Assembly (NCBI GenBank): GCA_951406725.2
Contig: OX597814.1
Coordinates: 35,588,001-35,652,000 of the forward strand
DNA length: 64,000 bases
Direction of reading: 5' to 3'
Origin: Octopus vulgaris
Taxonomy: Eukaryota
Position numbers and translations under genes: made by a program
The notes under the pieces: model-generated
The model's database searches: none
Seen by the model: the letters and a program-made list of their open reading frames with translations, nothing else
Told to the model about the DNA's origin: nothing
In this document: one piece after another, positions 1 to 12,799 of the stretch
Layout of the letters: each line of letters begins with the position of its first letter
Position numbering within the stretch: the first letter of the stretch is position 1

Positions 1-224
1 TGCACCTCCATGTCACGTAAATGGCACATGAGCCAGTGGCATGTAAAAGCACCCACTTCACTCTCAGAGTGGTTGGCATTAGGAAGGGCATCCAGCTGTA
101 GAAAAATATGCCAAATCATACTGGAGTCTGGTGCAACCTTCCAGCATGCCAACCCATTCAAAATATTTCCAACTCATGCCAGCATGGACAGCGGACATTA
201 AATGATGATGATGATGATGATGAT
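1..224 (+). mobile_element. RTE-LINE 3' tail / RTE-derived short retroposon
   Basis: aaaagcacccact...gagtggttggcattaggaagggcatccagctgtagaaa...gcatggacagcggacattaaa(tga)n is the same tail that ends the RTE ORF fragment at 33530-34545. Confidence 0.8.
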
Positions 225-727
225 ATATAATGGTTGCATCAGTCTCATGTTACTCAGAATTTTGCCTATGGGAGCATGGAATCTTCAATTTAGTTTTGAA
301 GGTAATGATGGAACTTAAAAAACACACATGCATATACGTATGTATATATGTATGTATATATGTATGTACATATGTATGTATATAAAAGAACACAAGTGGG
401 GTTCAAACATCACAGTAGCTGTTTCAACAGCATTTTATTGATGCATTCTTTGATTTCTTTATAGCAAAAACCTACCATCACGAAGTAAATTTTAAGCACA
501 TAAACAGGAAGATAGAAATAGAAAATGACCCATCCACTCACTACTATATAAATAGATATGTGTGTATATATATACATACTTACAGTATATTACTAACATA
601 CAACAAGTAAGAGTTGCTTTAAATATTGTGAGCTCAATTCTAAGTACCCAGCCATTCTTGGCATCCAAAATGTTGATATACCTTGATTCCAATGAATTCC
701 GTAACTAATCTTCATACATACATACAT

Positions 728-970
728 ACTAGGTTTTGTTAGTAAATGCTTAAAGGAGAATCAGGACAAACTGGGATTTTCAGAAGGAGAAATCGATCAG
801 TTAATTTGTACATTACAAGTGTGATCTGTGAGTGGAACAGCAAAAACATGCAAGACTTTTCTCAAGTTCCAAGTGTAAATTTGTCAGTGTTAACTACATC
901 CCAAAGATGGAGCTTTGTATCTTTATTGGAAACCAGCTCCCTACTCAGTGGAAGATTATAATAATAAAAA
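728..970 (+). pseudogene. C-terminal fragment of an RLE (restriction-like endonuclease) non-LTR retrotransposon plus 3' tail
   Basis: Manual translation LGFVSKCLKENQDKLGFSEGEIDQLICTLQV*SVSGTAKTCKTFLKF resembles the C-terminus of RLE-type ORFs; has an internal stop and is followed by an (ATA)/A-rich tail. Confidence 0.5.
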
Positions 971-1013
971 AAATAGAAGAGACATACATACATACATAAG
1001 TATATATATACAT

Positions 1014-1044
<31 letters not shown>

Positions 1045-1129
1045 ATGATAAAATACTAAGACCTTTGGCATTATTCCGTGTATGAGGAGAAGACTCATCA
1101 AGCCAAGTAAAATCATAGTTATGACATAC

Positions 1130-1293
1130 TGGTGTCTCAGAGTAGTTGGCATTAGGAAGGGCATCCAGCCTTAGAAACCACACCAAATCAGACTGGAGTC
1201 TGGTACAACCTTCCAGCTTGCCCAGTCCTGGTCATACCATCCAACCTATGCCAGCATGGACAACAGATGTTAAATGATGATGATGATGATGAT
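1130..1293 (+). mobile_element. RTE-LINE 3' tail copy
   Basis: gttggcattaggaagggcatccagcc...ccaacctatgccagcatggacaacagatgttaaa(tga)n. Confidence 0.75.
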
Positions 1294-1295
1294 AA

Positions 1296-2402
1296 TCTAC
1301 TACATATATGGAAAAGCAGTGTGTGTTTGTTTGTGGTGTTGTTATCTAACTCTTCCTACATCATTTTATTGATTTTGATAAAACTTGACACATGAATAGA
1401 ACTCATCTCTGGAAACCTCACGACATACTTAAATTATTGATAAAATCGATAATACAGACCGTGGAAGGGACCTTTATATCTACCTCATATAACTAATACT
1501 TTTTTAAACACCCAAGGGAAATAACCCATACCATCTGCACAATATTTTTCTAAACACTTCAGGGAAATAACCCATTTCATTGTTTATATTCGATTACTTT
1601 GAATATTGCCTTTTTTTTGTGTGTCCAATTTCTCGATTTTTGCAGACAATATCACTTTTTTACTTTATTTGACACATGAGTAGAACTCATGTCTGGAAAC
1701 TTCGTGACATATTTAGATTGCTGAAAAATTCGATAACAGGGCCCATCCAATAGATCCTCCTGTCTACTACATATTACTAATATTATATTTAAACAATCCA
1801 AGGGAAATAACCCATACCACCTGCAGTTTTTAGTGAAATGATCAATATTTGATTCTCACGATCAGCCGACTTAATTCTGCATTTCACTACTCACAGTTTG
1901 GAACTGCTAAACGTTATTATTGCACTTCCTTAATTTGAATCTCTTCATTCATACATTTCTATACATGCATACTTTTCTGAATGCCCATTACTCTGATAAT
2001 TCTGCATTTTTACAGTTACACTTTCTCCATGACAGTAGATAAAATTTTTTTCCACAACATATTTGTAGTGGCTTCATGCAGGCATAGTGTGGATTCGATC
2101 CTCGATTGCCAAATTTTACTTAACCCTTCAACAGCACTTTTCTCATAGTAAAACAATAGTTTTTCTGTGAATGACAACCTCTTTCACCAACCTCCGACGA
2201 CTTCTCTTGCCAACTTCCAACAACCTCTCTTGCCAACCTCCAACAGTCTCTCCTTCCTCCAGCTAACAGTTTTTGTACGTTTGCGTGAAGGAAATATACA
2301 CCTTTTGTGGCAGTTATAATGAAATTGCTTTCTTATATCAGAGTAATAAGGCGCTTCAATAGAACATTTTTACTTCCAGGAATTACTGGGTACACCAGCT
2401 AG
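1296..2402 (+). mobile_element. Non-autonomous Helitron
   Basis: A|TC 5' end (tctactacatatat), subterminal hairpin ccag-gaatta-ctgg, CTAG|T 3' end at 2399-2403; internal diverged direct duplication (about 1385-1540 vs 1669-1825). Confidence 0.7.
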
Positions 2403-2690
2403 TATATATGTATGTGTGTGTATATATATATATTTATATCCCTTCATCAGAAATGGTGTGAGAGGATGATTAAGTAATAGTTAATTTAGATAAGATACAA
2501 AACAGAGAGTGAGGTGGAGGAAAGAAAATAGATATGAGATATGTAGGAATATTGTATTTGTAGATCCATTTTTTTTTTATTAGGCAGAATGGTATGCATA
2601 TAAGATTCCAATACCGTATGTGTAAAATCTAATAGTATTTAAAATTGGTCATTCCAAGTATAGAGTTTATACACAGTGTTTAATCAAGGG

Positions 2691-3192
<502 letters not shown>

Positions 3193-3758
3193 TATATATA
3201 CACATGATTCCTGTCATAGTGTGCTGGTGGAGAGGAGAGGAGATAAAGGGAATAGAAGTAAAAAAGAGAGAAATAAAAAGAAAAAAGGATAAAAAAGCAA
3301 TACACTGGCTTGTACACATACAGCACATACACAAACACATATACATGCATGCACACACACATATACAAATACACACACATGTATGTAAAAGTTTGTGAGG
3401 TAAGAAGAGTGAAGTCATTGAAGTTATCCTTTCAGGACTATGTCATTCTTCTGTACTTATGCATTACCTCATTGAGTGCTTCTAAAAGATTGCTCCACTG
3501 AAGGGATATGATGTATAACCATCTGGAACTGTCACTGAGAACTAGGAACTGCCATTGGAAGTGTCTGAAAAGGCTGCCAAATCCCTTTTTTTTCATCTCT
3601 CAGTAGAACCACAAGAAAAGTACACAGTGGGATAAACAAAGGACTGCTACATTACATAAAAGGATTGCATGATCAGGTCTTGAATAATCTTTGGACAGTG
3701 ATCTGTTTAACTTATAAACTGATCGGTGCTAAATATATAAATATCACTGCTTCTACTA

Positions 3759-3776
3759 ATGCTGCTGCTGCTGCTG

Positions 3777-3847
<71 letters not shown>

Positions 3848-3977
3848 ACTACTACTACGACTGCTGCTGCTGCTGCCACTACTACTACTGTTGCTGTTAC
3901 TTTACTATTACTACTACTACTGCTGCTGTTACTTTACTATTACTACTACTGCTGCCACTACTACTGCTGTTGTTACT

Positions 3978-4010
<33 letters not shown>

Positions 4011-4012
4011 GT
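3759..4012. repeat. Compound (CTA)n/(CTG)n trinucleotide repeat
   Basis: Direct inspection; source of the poly-T/poly-A/poly-L ORFs. Confidence 0.9.
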
Positions 4013-4504
4013 ATATGTATGCATGTATGTATGTATATATGTATGTATCTTCACTTCTTTCCTCAATTACTTGAATTAATTGCTTGTATGTATGTACGTA
4101 TGTATCTATTGGCTTTAAAGTATGCACAAAATAATTAGAATGTAATTACATTCTGAAAAGTAATTAGGACATGTCATGTGATATGTCCACCTTGTCACAT
4201 GAAAGAAGCTAGACTATATTGATTTTAATGTATGCACAAACTACCTAGAATTTAATTTCACAAAATCTGTTCATAACAGAAAAATTCTAAATACGGATTT
4301 GAAATCAGCATACCAAAATTACCCAGGAACATTTGTTTGTTTCCCTGTAGCAAAATTTCTGTTTCCTTGTGTAATAGTATTATCAAATACTTTCTGTTTG
4401 AGATGTGATTATATAACTGAAGTTTTGGTGTTTAAATAGGCTGTTACTATTTGCATATATGTAAGTGGATATAACTAGACAGGTATTAAAAGCAAAGTTT
4501 GCAG

Positions 4505-4920
4505 GCAATACTGGGTAGTTAGGAAGTTCACTTCACAACCACGTAGTTCTGGGTTCAGTTCTACTATGTGACAGCTTGTGTAAGTATGTTCTATAACCGC
4601 AGGGCAATCAAAGCTTTGTGAGTGGATTTTGTTGGCAGAAACTGAAAGAAGGCAGCAAGCTGGCAGAAACATTAGCACGCCTGGCGAAATGCTTAGCTGT
4701 ATTTCGTCTGCCGTTACGTTCTGAATTCAAATTCTGCTGAGGTCAACTTTGCCTTTCATTCTTTAGGGGTCGATAAATTACCAGTTACACACTGGTATCG
4801 ATGCAATCGACTTAATCCCTTTGTCTGTCCTTGTTTGTCCCCTCTATGTTTAGCCCTTGTGGGCAATAAAGAAATAAGAAACTGAAAGAAGCCATTTTGT
4901 ATGCGTGTATGTGTGTGTAT
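4505..4920 (+). mobile_element. SINE A (5' half) interrupted by a SINE B
   Basis: SINE A head and body resume after the SINE B; 13-bp TSD agaaactgaaaga at 4637-4649 and 4877-4889. Confidence 0.8.
4650..4876 (+). mobile_element. SINE family B (MetaSINE-like central domain)
   Basis: ggcagcaagctggcagaaacattagc...gcctttcattctttaggggtcgataaattacca...tttagcccttgtgggcaataaagaaata, with flanking TSD. Confidence 0.85.
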
Positions 4921-4924
4921 GAAA

Positions 4925-5209
4925 AAGCATGGCTTAGTGGTTAGAGTATTCAGCTCATGAGCACAAGGTCATGAGGTCAATTCCTGGTGGCGTGTAGTGT
5001 CCTTCAGCAAGACACTTTATTTCACAGTGTTCCAGTCCACTCAGCTGGCAAAAGTGAGTAGTACCTGTATTTCAAAGGGTCAACTTTGCTACATTTTGTG
5101 TCATGCTGAATCTATCTGAGAACTGTGCTCAGCCACTTGCACAATAATTTCACAACAATTCTTGTTGATTGGATCAACAGGTACCCTCGTCATCATAACT
5201 GATTGAGTG

Positions 5210-5212
<3 letters not shown>
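4925..5212 (+). mobile_element. SINE family C (tRNA head gcatggcttagtggttagag), alternative tail
   Basis: Head and body (...agcaagacactttatttcac...ccagtccactcagctggcaaaa) match 17065-17302 but the 3' part differs. Confidence 0.7.
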
Positions 5213-5241
<29 letters not shown>

Positions 5242-5245
<4 letters not shown>

Positions 5246-6486
5246 GTCATCTCATAAGTTCTGTCTGAACTTTGAATAAGGAAAACAAGTGATCAAATGT
5301 TATATTTAATTGAAATTTAATCATCAATATACTTTCCCTGATTATCTATGACTTCCTTCCATCTATTTACAAGCTTTTTAATTCCACCAATGTAAAACTC
5401 TTTTTGTTTCAAAGCGAAGAACTCTGAAATGTCAGTTTCGACCTCCTCCTGGCTTGTGAAAGTTATGTCCCCCAAATGATTCTGTAAACTATGAACCAAA
5501 TGGTAGTCTGAAGGAGCAAGGTTGGGAGAATAAGGTAGATGAGGAATTTTTTTTCCCAACCAAGCTCTTTGATCTTCTGTGATGTGATCTTTGCAGTGTG
5601 GGGTCACGCATTGTCCTGATGAAACATCATTCCTTTTTGATTCAAAGCTTGGTTCAAATGCTCTAATTGCTGAAAGTAGACTTGAGCATTGATTGTTGCA
5701 TTAGGTGGTAACAATTCGAAGTGAATTACTCCTATACAATCCCACGAGATAGAGAAAAGAACCTTTTTCCTATGAAGTTCCATTCTCGGTTGAGGTTAAG
5801 CTTTTTCCTTTTTACCAAGCCACTGTTTATGACATTTAACATTTCGATAGAAGATCCATTTTTCGTCACCAGTCACAAGTCTATCCAAAAAGGGTGAAAT
5901 GAGTTCATGAGAATGGAGAGAAGAGCAGATGTCAACTCGCGATTTGCAGTTGTTTCGTACAATTCATGAGGCACCAATTTTTCAAGTTTAGGAACCTTTC
6001 CAAGTTGTTGAAGATGATGATGAACAGTTGTATGATTTGAACTAAGTTTTATTGCTAATTCTTCAACTGATAATGCAGGATTTTCTCCAAGTAATGCCTC
6101 AAGGAGCTTATCAAACTCAACTGGACGTCCTGTTCGATCTTCATCTTCGCCTCTGAATTTTGGAAACCATCTTCTGCATGCTCTTTCATTCAAGCATTCT
6201 TTCCCATAAACTGAGTGTATGCTTCGAGTCACTTTGGCTGCAGAGTTTCCTTTTTTGTACTCATAAAGTATTATGTGCCTCAAATGCACTTTGAAAACTT
6301 CCTTGTTAGAAAGGGTTTTAATCAAAGAAATTTTTATTCTATTATTCTGTAAAATAATATTTAATTAGTTTGAATGTACACAAATGCATAAAAATAATTT
6401 TTAATCCCATTAGACATTCTAAAATACTATTAAATTTCATTCAATTTTAAAGAAGTTAAATTGGACAGAACTTATGGGATGACCTG

Positions 6487-6487
<1 letters not shown>
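5242..6487 (-). mobile_element. Full-length decayed mariner (DD34D) transposon
   Basis: 24-bp TIRs tcaggtcatc(t/c)cataagttctgtc flanked by TA; frameshifted transposase with HTH (ORF 5873-6325), VPHEL, IVTGDEKW, HQDNA and YSPNLAPSDYHL motifs (ORF 5317-5607). Confidence 0.92.
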
Positions 6488-6552
<65 letters not shown>

Positions 6553-6564
6553 GTATGTACCACA

Positions 6565-6970
6565 AGCGCAGGAGTGGCTGTGTGATAAAAAACTTGCTTA
6601 CCAACCACATGGTTCTGGGTTCAGTCCCACTGCATGGCACCTTTGGCAAGTGTTTTCTACTATAGCTTCGAGCCAACCAAAGCCTTGTGAGTGGATTTGG
6701 TAGACGGAAACTGAAAGAAGCCCGCTCTTTAGATATATATATGTATATATATGTATGCATATGTTTGTTATTTATGTCTTTGTTTGTCCCACCCACCATC
6801 ACTTGACAACTGATGTTGGTATGCTTATGTCCCCATCACTTAGCAGTTAAGCTTGGAGACTGACAGAATAAGTACTAGGCTTACAAAGAATAAGTCCTGG
6901 GGTCGATTTGCTTGACTAAAGGTGGTTCTTGAGCATAGCTGCAGTCAAATGACTGAATCAAGTAAAAGAA
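6565..6970 (+). mobile_element. SINE A full length
   Basis: Matches 2794-3192 end to end. Confidence 0.9.
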
Positions 6971-7002
6971 AATAGATATATATGTATATATATATATTCA
7001 TA

Positions 7003-7395
7003 CCGGGCCATCTTAGCTGGATTATAGACCCCACAGCAAATCAATGCACTAGGCCCTATAGCAGTGCTTTTCAGCATTTTTGCTGGAGCGGAACCCCAAG
7101 GAAACATTCCACTGGCTCAAGGAACCCCTGTGCAATAATTTAATAGTCTTATGCACACATATCTGCCCAGGAGAATTAAAAATTACTGCCGATTTTAGCA
7201 GTTTTGTAACTTCTTTCGGAACCCCTGGACTGTACTGACGGAACCCTAAAGTTCCGCAGAACCCTGGTTGAAAACCACTGCCCTATAGTATTTATCTGTT
7301 GACAGCAACCTACAGCTTACATAGATCAGAATCAAGCCCTAAACATGTGGAATCTTGTGCAACTGCCCAATGCTCCCTTCCATGAGACGCTCTTG
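7003..7395. mobile_element. Old hAT-like MITE hosting a younger MITE
   Basis: Degenerate termini ccgggccatctt / gagacgctcttg. Confidence 0.35.
7062..7280. mobile_element. hAT (Buster/Charlie-type) MITE
   Basis: TIR cagtgcttttcagc / gttgaaaaccactg, perfect 8-bp TSD ccctatag (7054-7061, 7281-7288), ggaaccc subterminal motifs as in the hAT at 27495. Confidence 0.9.
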
Positions 7396-8319
7396 TATGT
7401 ATATGTATACACACACACACATATTTTGTCTCAACATGGAATTGAATTTCCTTTGTAAATTTGACTTGTCAAGAGTTTATCTCCTTTTCATCGGTTTTGC
7501 AGCTATATATTTATTTATATATTTATTCTTTAACAACCAAACAAATTCTATGAGATATGTAAGGAAGTTAGAAAAGTTAAATACAGAACTTTTTTTGAGG
7601 CATTCAGTAGTTTTGAGAATCTAAGGAACTGTAGTTGATTGACTTAACCCCAATATATTTCCTCCGTATGCAATCAAAGTTAGAAAAGTGTCTTGCATTG
7701 ACCTCTTGGCTGAAAGGCTGTAAAATTTTATTCCTTTTATAACTTGAAATTGTTTTATAATAAGCTTATTTATGCAGGCTTGTAACTTACTGTCTAATAT
7801 AGTCTGCACACTTCAGCCAAAGTCATTGTTTTCATTACAGCTAGTTAAATAATAGCCATACCTACCAGATACCAATGAAATATTGATTTTATTCTGATTC
7901 TAGTACTTTAGGAGTAAACTCACAGAACACTGATTATCTGAGCTAAACACAGATATATGAATACTGAGGAAGAGAGAGGGGGAGAGAGAGTGAGACAATA
8001 TATGAGAAGCAGCCAAGCCAGTTATATATACAGAGACAGAGACATACACACGCACATACACTTACATATGAACAAATGTAATTTTACACATGTTTAGATA
8101 TATATGCACACACACACACAAGTATATGTATATTTCTTCCCCTGTCCTGCATCAGTGTTCACATATCTGTGTTTAACACAGGCAGTCAGTGTCCTGTGAG
8201 TTAGTCCTAAAGCATATGTACACATCCACACACACACACACATACACACATATCCACACACATTTATACACAGACAAACAGACACATACACATATATACA
8301 TATTAAGTTTTTTTCTTTT

Positions 8320-8680
8320 TTGTTTACTTATTTCAGTCACACTGTGGTTCTGGGGCACCAGCTTGAAGAATTTTTAGTCAAATGAATTGATCCCAGTAAT
8401 TAAATTTTTTGCTAAGCTCAGTACTTATTCTATCAGTCTGATTTTACCAAACTGCTAGGTTATGGTGATGTAAACATACCAACACCGGTTGTCAAGCAGT
8501 GGTGGTGGGGGGAGGTACAAACATAGACCCAAAGACACATACACACATTAATGTACAATGGGCTTCTTTCAGTTTTAATTTACCAAATCCACTCACAAGG
8601 CTTTGGTCAACCTGAATATATAGAAGACACTTGCCCAAAGTGCCTCACTGTGGGACTGAACCCTGAGCCATGTGACAGCT
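8320..8680 (-). mobile_element. SINE A, diverged
   Basis: Reverse complement of SINE A body and tail (gtacttattctatcagtc; ttctttcagttt...ccactcacaaggctttggtc). Confidence 0.75.
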
Positions 8681-9299
8681 ACACCTGTCCCTGATACATA
8701 TAATTTTTTCTTTGATTTAAACCTACTTTTTCTATGTTGATATGAGGTGGGAGGAATTGTGATGTGGCTGTTTGCTGTGGCCAGATGCTTTCCATATGCC
8801 AACATGTATTTGGTCCCAATAAGGTATTTTATTCCAATGTCCTTAACAAACCAAAGAGCTAAGCTGCTGTAGTTATTGTTTATGACACAAGCAATGTCAA
8901 TGCGGTCCAAGAACTCCAAATGTGAAAATCTGAAGAAAGAAACAAATTCGGTCATTCGTCTCATATCCATCTTCTTCATGCTTACATAGGTTAGATGAAT
9001 ATATTATTGAGACATTGTTTTTATGGATGGATGCCTTACCTGTCACAAACATTCACTTTTCCAAAGCCAGCAGATAATTTGTTGACAAAGAAGATGGAAA
9101 CATGGCACAGCTTGTGAAACTTCCTTTCCCTATTTCTTTCTAGTCCCTCTCTCTTGCCCACTCTTTCCTTATCTCTCTATCTCTGTTTGGCTGTCTGTCT
9201 GTCTGTCTCTCTCTCTATCAGATGCGTTTTTTATTAATGAATAGTTTGATAACATCATGAAAAAACTGTTTTCTTCAGGTGATTAAAAATTTGGTCTGA

Positions 9300-10230
9300 A
9301 AAATTTACCACAAGGTGTGAATTGACCCTCTTGCTTGGACATCATTGAAAAGAGTGAAAACTCACCAACGGTTAGCTAGATTAACCGTCTATGATATCTG
9401 TGGTACCAGTTAAGACAATCTTTTTGCTTCCTGCATGAATGGTAAGCCAGGGATCATTCTTAAATAATTTTCAGTTCTGTTTTTGATCATTCCAAGTACT
9501 CCTAGAATCACTGGCATTGTAACCACTTTGAAATGCCACATCTTTTCAATTTTGATTAGCAGATCTTTATATTTTCTGAGCTTATCAAATTCTTTTGCCA
9601 AGATATTATAGTCACAGGGTATGCTCATGTCAATCAATAAACAGACTTTATTGCTTTTGTCTTTCATAACAATATCTGGTTTATTTGCTTTGATGGTCTG
9701 ATCTGTACATACAGGGAAGTCCCAAAGAATAGTTACTGTTTCTCCCTCAGTTACAGCCTCATGGTGGTGCTTGTACCATTTGTCAGTAGTTTTGATTTTA
9801 TAATGCTGACACATTATCCAATATAGATATTAGCCAACTCTGTCATGTCTTGATTTGTACTCTACAGGTGTTAAAACCTTACATCCAGAGATTTGGTGGT
9901 TGACTGTTTCTATCTCATCATTGCAGTATTGGCACTTTGGGTCTACACCCTTTTTCATCACTCTAGCTTAATAGTTCCAGGTCAATAAGCTCTGATCTTG
10001 GACAGCCAAGGTAAAGCCTTCACTCTCTGCCTTTAGCCCTAAGCTCTGTAGCCACTGATGAGTGCACTTCTGGTCTACATCAGCTTATTTGCTATGGGCC
10101 ACATATTTGCCATCCAGAGGTTTTTGTTCCTACTTATCAACCAATTATTCAAGGGCATTTTGCTTTGCTATTTATTTCACCTTCTTTGCAATTACAGTTG
10201 CTGCACTTCCCTCATGCTGTTCAATCGTGG
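9300..10230 (-). pseudogene. R4/Dong-type non-LTR retrotransposon 3' fragment (zinc knuckle + RLE endonuclease)
   Basis: Upstream frame QWLQSLGLKAESEGF..AVQDQ..PKCQYC..ETVNH.ISGC..Y.SRHDRVG, then ORF 9410-9814 ILWDFPV.TD.TIKANKPDIV...LIDMSIP...E.DKLRKYKDL...PVILGVLG. Confidence 0.88.
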
Positions 10231-10239
10231 TCTAGTCTG

Positions 10240-10392
10240 TCTTTGTGTTCTGAGTTCAAATTCTGTGGAGGTCGACTTTGCCTTTTATCCTTTCGAGGTT
10301 GATAAAATAAGTACCAGTTGAGTACTGGGGGCTGGTGTAATTGTCTTAACCTTCTCCCACCAAACTGCTAGCCTTATGCCAAAATTTAAAAC
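10240..10392 (+). mobile_element. SINE B, 5'-truncated
   Basis: gttctgagttcaaattctgtggaggtcgactttgccttttatcctttcgaggttgataaaataagtaccag. Confidence 0.8.
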
Positions 10393-10504
10393 TATGTGTA
10401 CATACATGTGCGTGTGTGTGTGTGTATATGTATGTACATATGGATAAATACATACATTTATGTTCATATTTATATAAACATATTATTTGATTAACATTTC
10501 AGAT

Positions 10505-10683
10505 TATTATAATCTGTAATGTATCCTACCTCACCAGATACTTTGAGCGACTTAGCTTTCCTTATCTTCATGAGCTTAATTGTTTTATCTGCTATATTGA
10601 TGTCAACTTGAACTGCAGATCCCTTTAATGGGTTAGCATGATAAAGCCTCTCTTTATCCTTTGCATTCTCTGCATTGAACAGC

Positions 10684-10686
<3 letters not shown>
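10505..10686 (-). pseudogene. RTE LINE fragment (region preceding the RT)
   Basis: KLFNAENAKDKERL..NPLKGSAVQVDINIADKTIKLMKIRKA..LKVSGEVGY resembles the RTE ...AIK.MK.GKA.G...LK.SG segment. Confidence 0.55.
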
Positions 10687-10720
<34 letters not shown>

Positions 10721-11079
10721 GAGGATGGTGGAGATCAAAACTGGAGAACACTGAACATACTATCTTTACAAATGTTCATATATGTTCTTTTATCTTCTTT
10801 ATTCAAGTAACTCCTAGCTTAACTATCTTTTATTCCTCCAGGGCTGCCAAAATACTTCACAATAATGAACTGAGTTTAATTCACACAACTGTTCCTCTCC
10901 TCAAGAAATTTTTGTCTCGTGTAACTACTAGAACGCATCATTGATGTCATCATTGTTGTCACCACCGCCGCCACCACCATCGTCATCATCATCATCATCA
11001 TCACCATTCTATGAATGTTAGAAAAGCTAGAAAATATTATTGTACTAGTTGCTGTTGTTGATAGAGATTATTTGATTTG

Positions 11080-11121
<42 letters not shown>

Positions 11122-11889
11122 ATCTCTTATTTTTAAACGATACTTGTAACAAAATCTAATAGTATTCAAGAACACCTGTGCCTTTAATTAATGTAAAATA
11201 TGATGATATTTATTTCTTGATAATGTTTGCAGTTGTATCTGAAGATGTATCTGATAGTTGTTGCTTTGTTGGTAATGATTGTGTTGATGATGCTGATAAT
11301 CTAACACAAGTTACCAGCATGGATATATTTGTACTAGCAGTTAAAGAAATTGAGATTCTGTTGTTGCTGGCTCTGCTTCTTAACCATTTGAATGGTAGCC
11401 AGCCCCAAGACAGTCCATTTAGACCATTCCGGTTTTTTTTTTTAATTGAAAAAAAAGAAAATTTTTTTTTTTTAATTTTCACTCAGCATCTCATAATTGC
11501 ATGAATGATAATATAAAGCTTCAGATAGTCAACATCAACATAGTTTTCCAACATGAATAATCTAAAAAAAAGAACCATTCGAAATAATATCGCTCCTTAA
11601 TTTTCCTGTAACCTTAGAAAAAATATCCTAGACAATATGTGATCCTGAGTTCTATGCTCATAAAAAGAAATGTAATGGTCATAGCTGGAATACTTTTGGT
11701 CATAGGTCTGATGAATAAGGGCTGATCTTGGATTAAACAACAATAACCACCACCACCAACAACAACAACAACACTACCACCACCACCATTAATTCTTTCG
11801 TTTTACATTAATTATTCTTTTTCCTTTCTTCTGTTGGCATGAGTTGGACAGATGCTACATAAGGTAGTATTTTATGGCTAGAGTTTGAA

Positions 11890-12135
11890 AGCACATGGCC
11901 TAATGGTTAGGATGTTACACTCACAATTTCAAGATCGTGGTTTCAATTACTGGACTGGGTGATGTATTTGGCTTTAGAGCAAAACACTCAATTTCACATT
12001 GTTCCAGCCAATGCACCTGTAAATGAGTAACTCTGTGATGGAATAGTGTCCAGCTGAAAGGGAATGTTGTAATCTTGGTCAGCTGTGTGCCATGGAAACT
12101 GCATAACCAGACTTTTGTGTCCTAGGATTTGAAAC
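11890..12135 (+). mobile_element. SINE C, diverged
   Basis: gcacatggcctaatggttaggatgtt...ggtttcaattactggac...gagcaaaacac. Confidence 0.6.
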
Positions 12136-12267
12136 AGAAATGGTCAGAGGTTGGCATTCACGTTTTTACATCTATGGATGGATTCTCTTCCTGTCATTGA
12201 ATCTTACCTGTTTTTCAAGAGAGAAATAATTATTCAATTAAATCTAGACATTTCAGAACAATATAAT

Positions 12268-12474
12268 ATATTCTGTTGTTTTTGGGAAGGGTCATTTTTT
12301 TTTTGTGCCTTATAATTTAACATACTCAACGGTAAAATTTCCACTTATTTCTTATTAAAAATAAAAATAATAAATAAAAAATAAAAAAAAGAAATAAGTG
12401 GAAATTTTACTGGTGAGTGTGTTAAATTATAAGGCACAAAAAGAAAATGACTCTTCCCAGACACAACAGAATAT
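12268..12474. repeat. Fold-back / hairpin MITE
   Basis: About 88-bp inverted arms (atattctgttg...gtgccttataatttaaca...ccacttattt / aaataagtgg...tgttaaattataaggcac...caacagaatat) around an A-rich spacer. Confidence 0.8.
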
Positions 12475-12799
12475 GCTTCAACACACGAACTCACATAAAG
12501 AATCTTGCTAACCAAATTGAAAAACGAAATATAATATATTGTACGGAGAAAATGCAAACATGACATCACCATTTCTTTCTTAATCAGTCTCATGAGAAGA
12601 TATGGGAACACCGATAATCAAAAACACACAAACAGAAACATAAAGATAATGGACTTTCATACAACTTCCATCAGACAGTTGTACACACAAGGCATTTGGG
12701 CAACCTGAGACTATAGAAGTAACTTGTCCAAGTGACTTCTTCTATGGTCTCAGTTAGACTGAACCTGATACCATGTAATTGTGTAGTAAACTTCTTAAC

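Noticed and set aside
3468-3564. 97-bp AG...GT bounded minus-strand open frame (HFQWQFLVLSDSSRWLYIISLQWSNLLEALNE)
   Set aside because: Weak polypyrimidine tract, abuts what looks like an old LINE tail, and no recognisable homology; compatible with chance.
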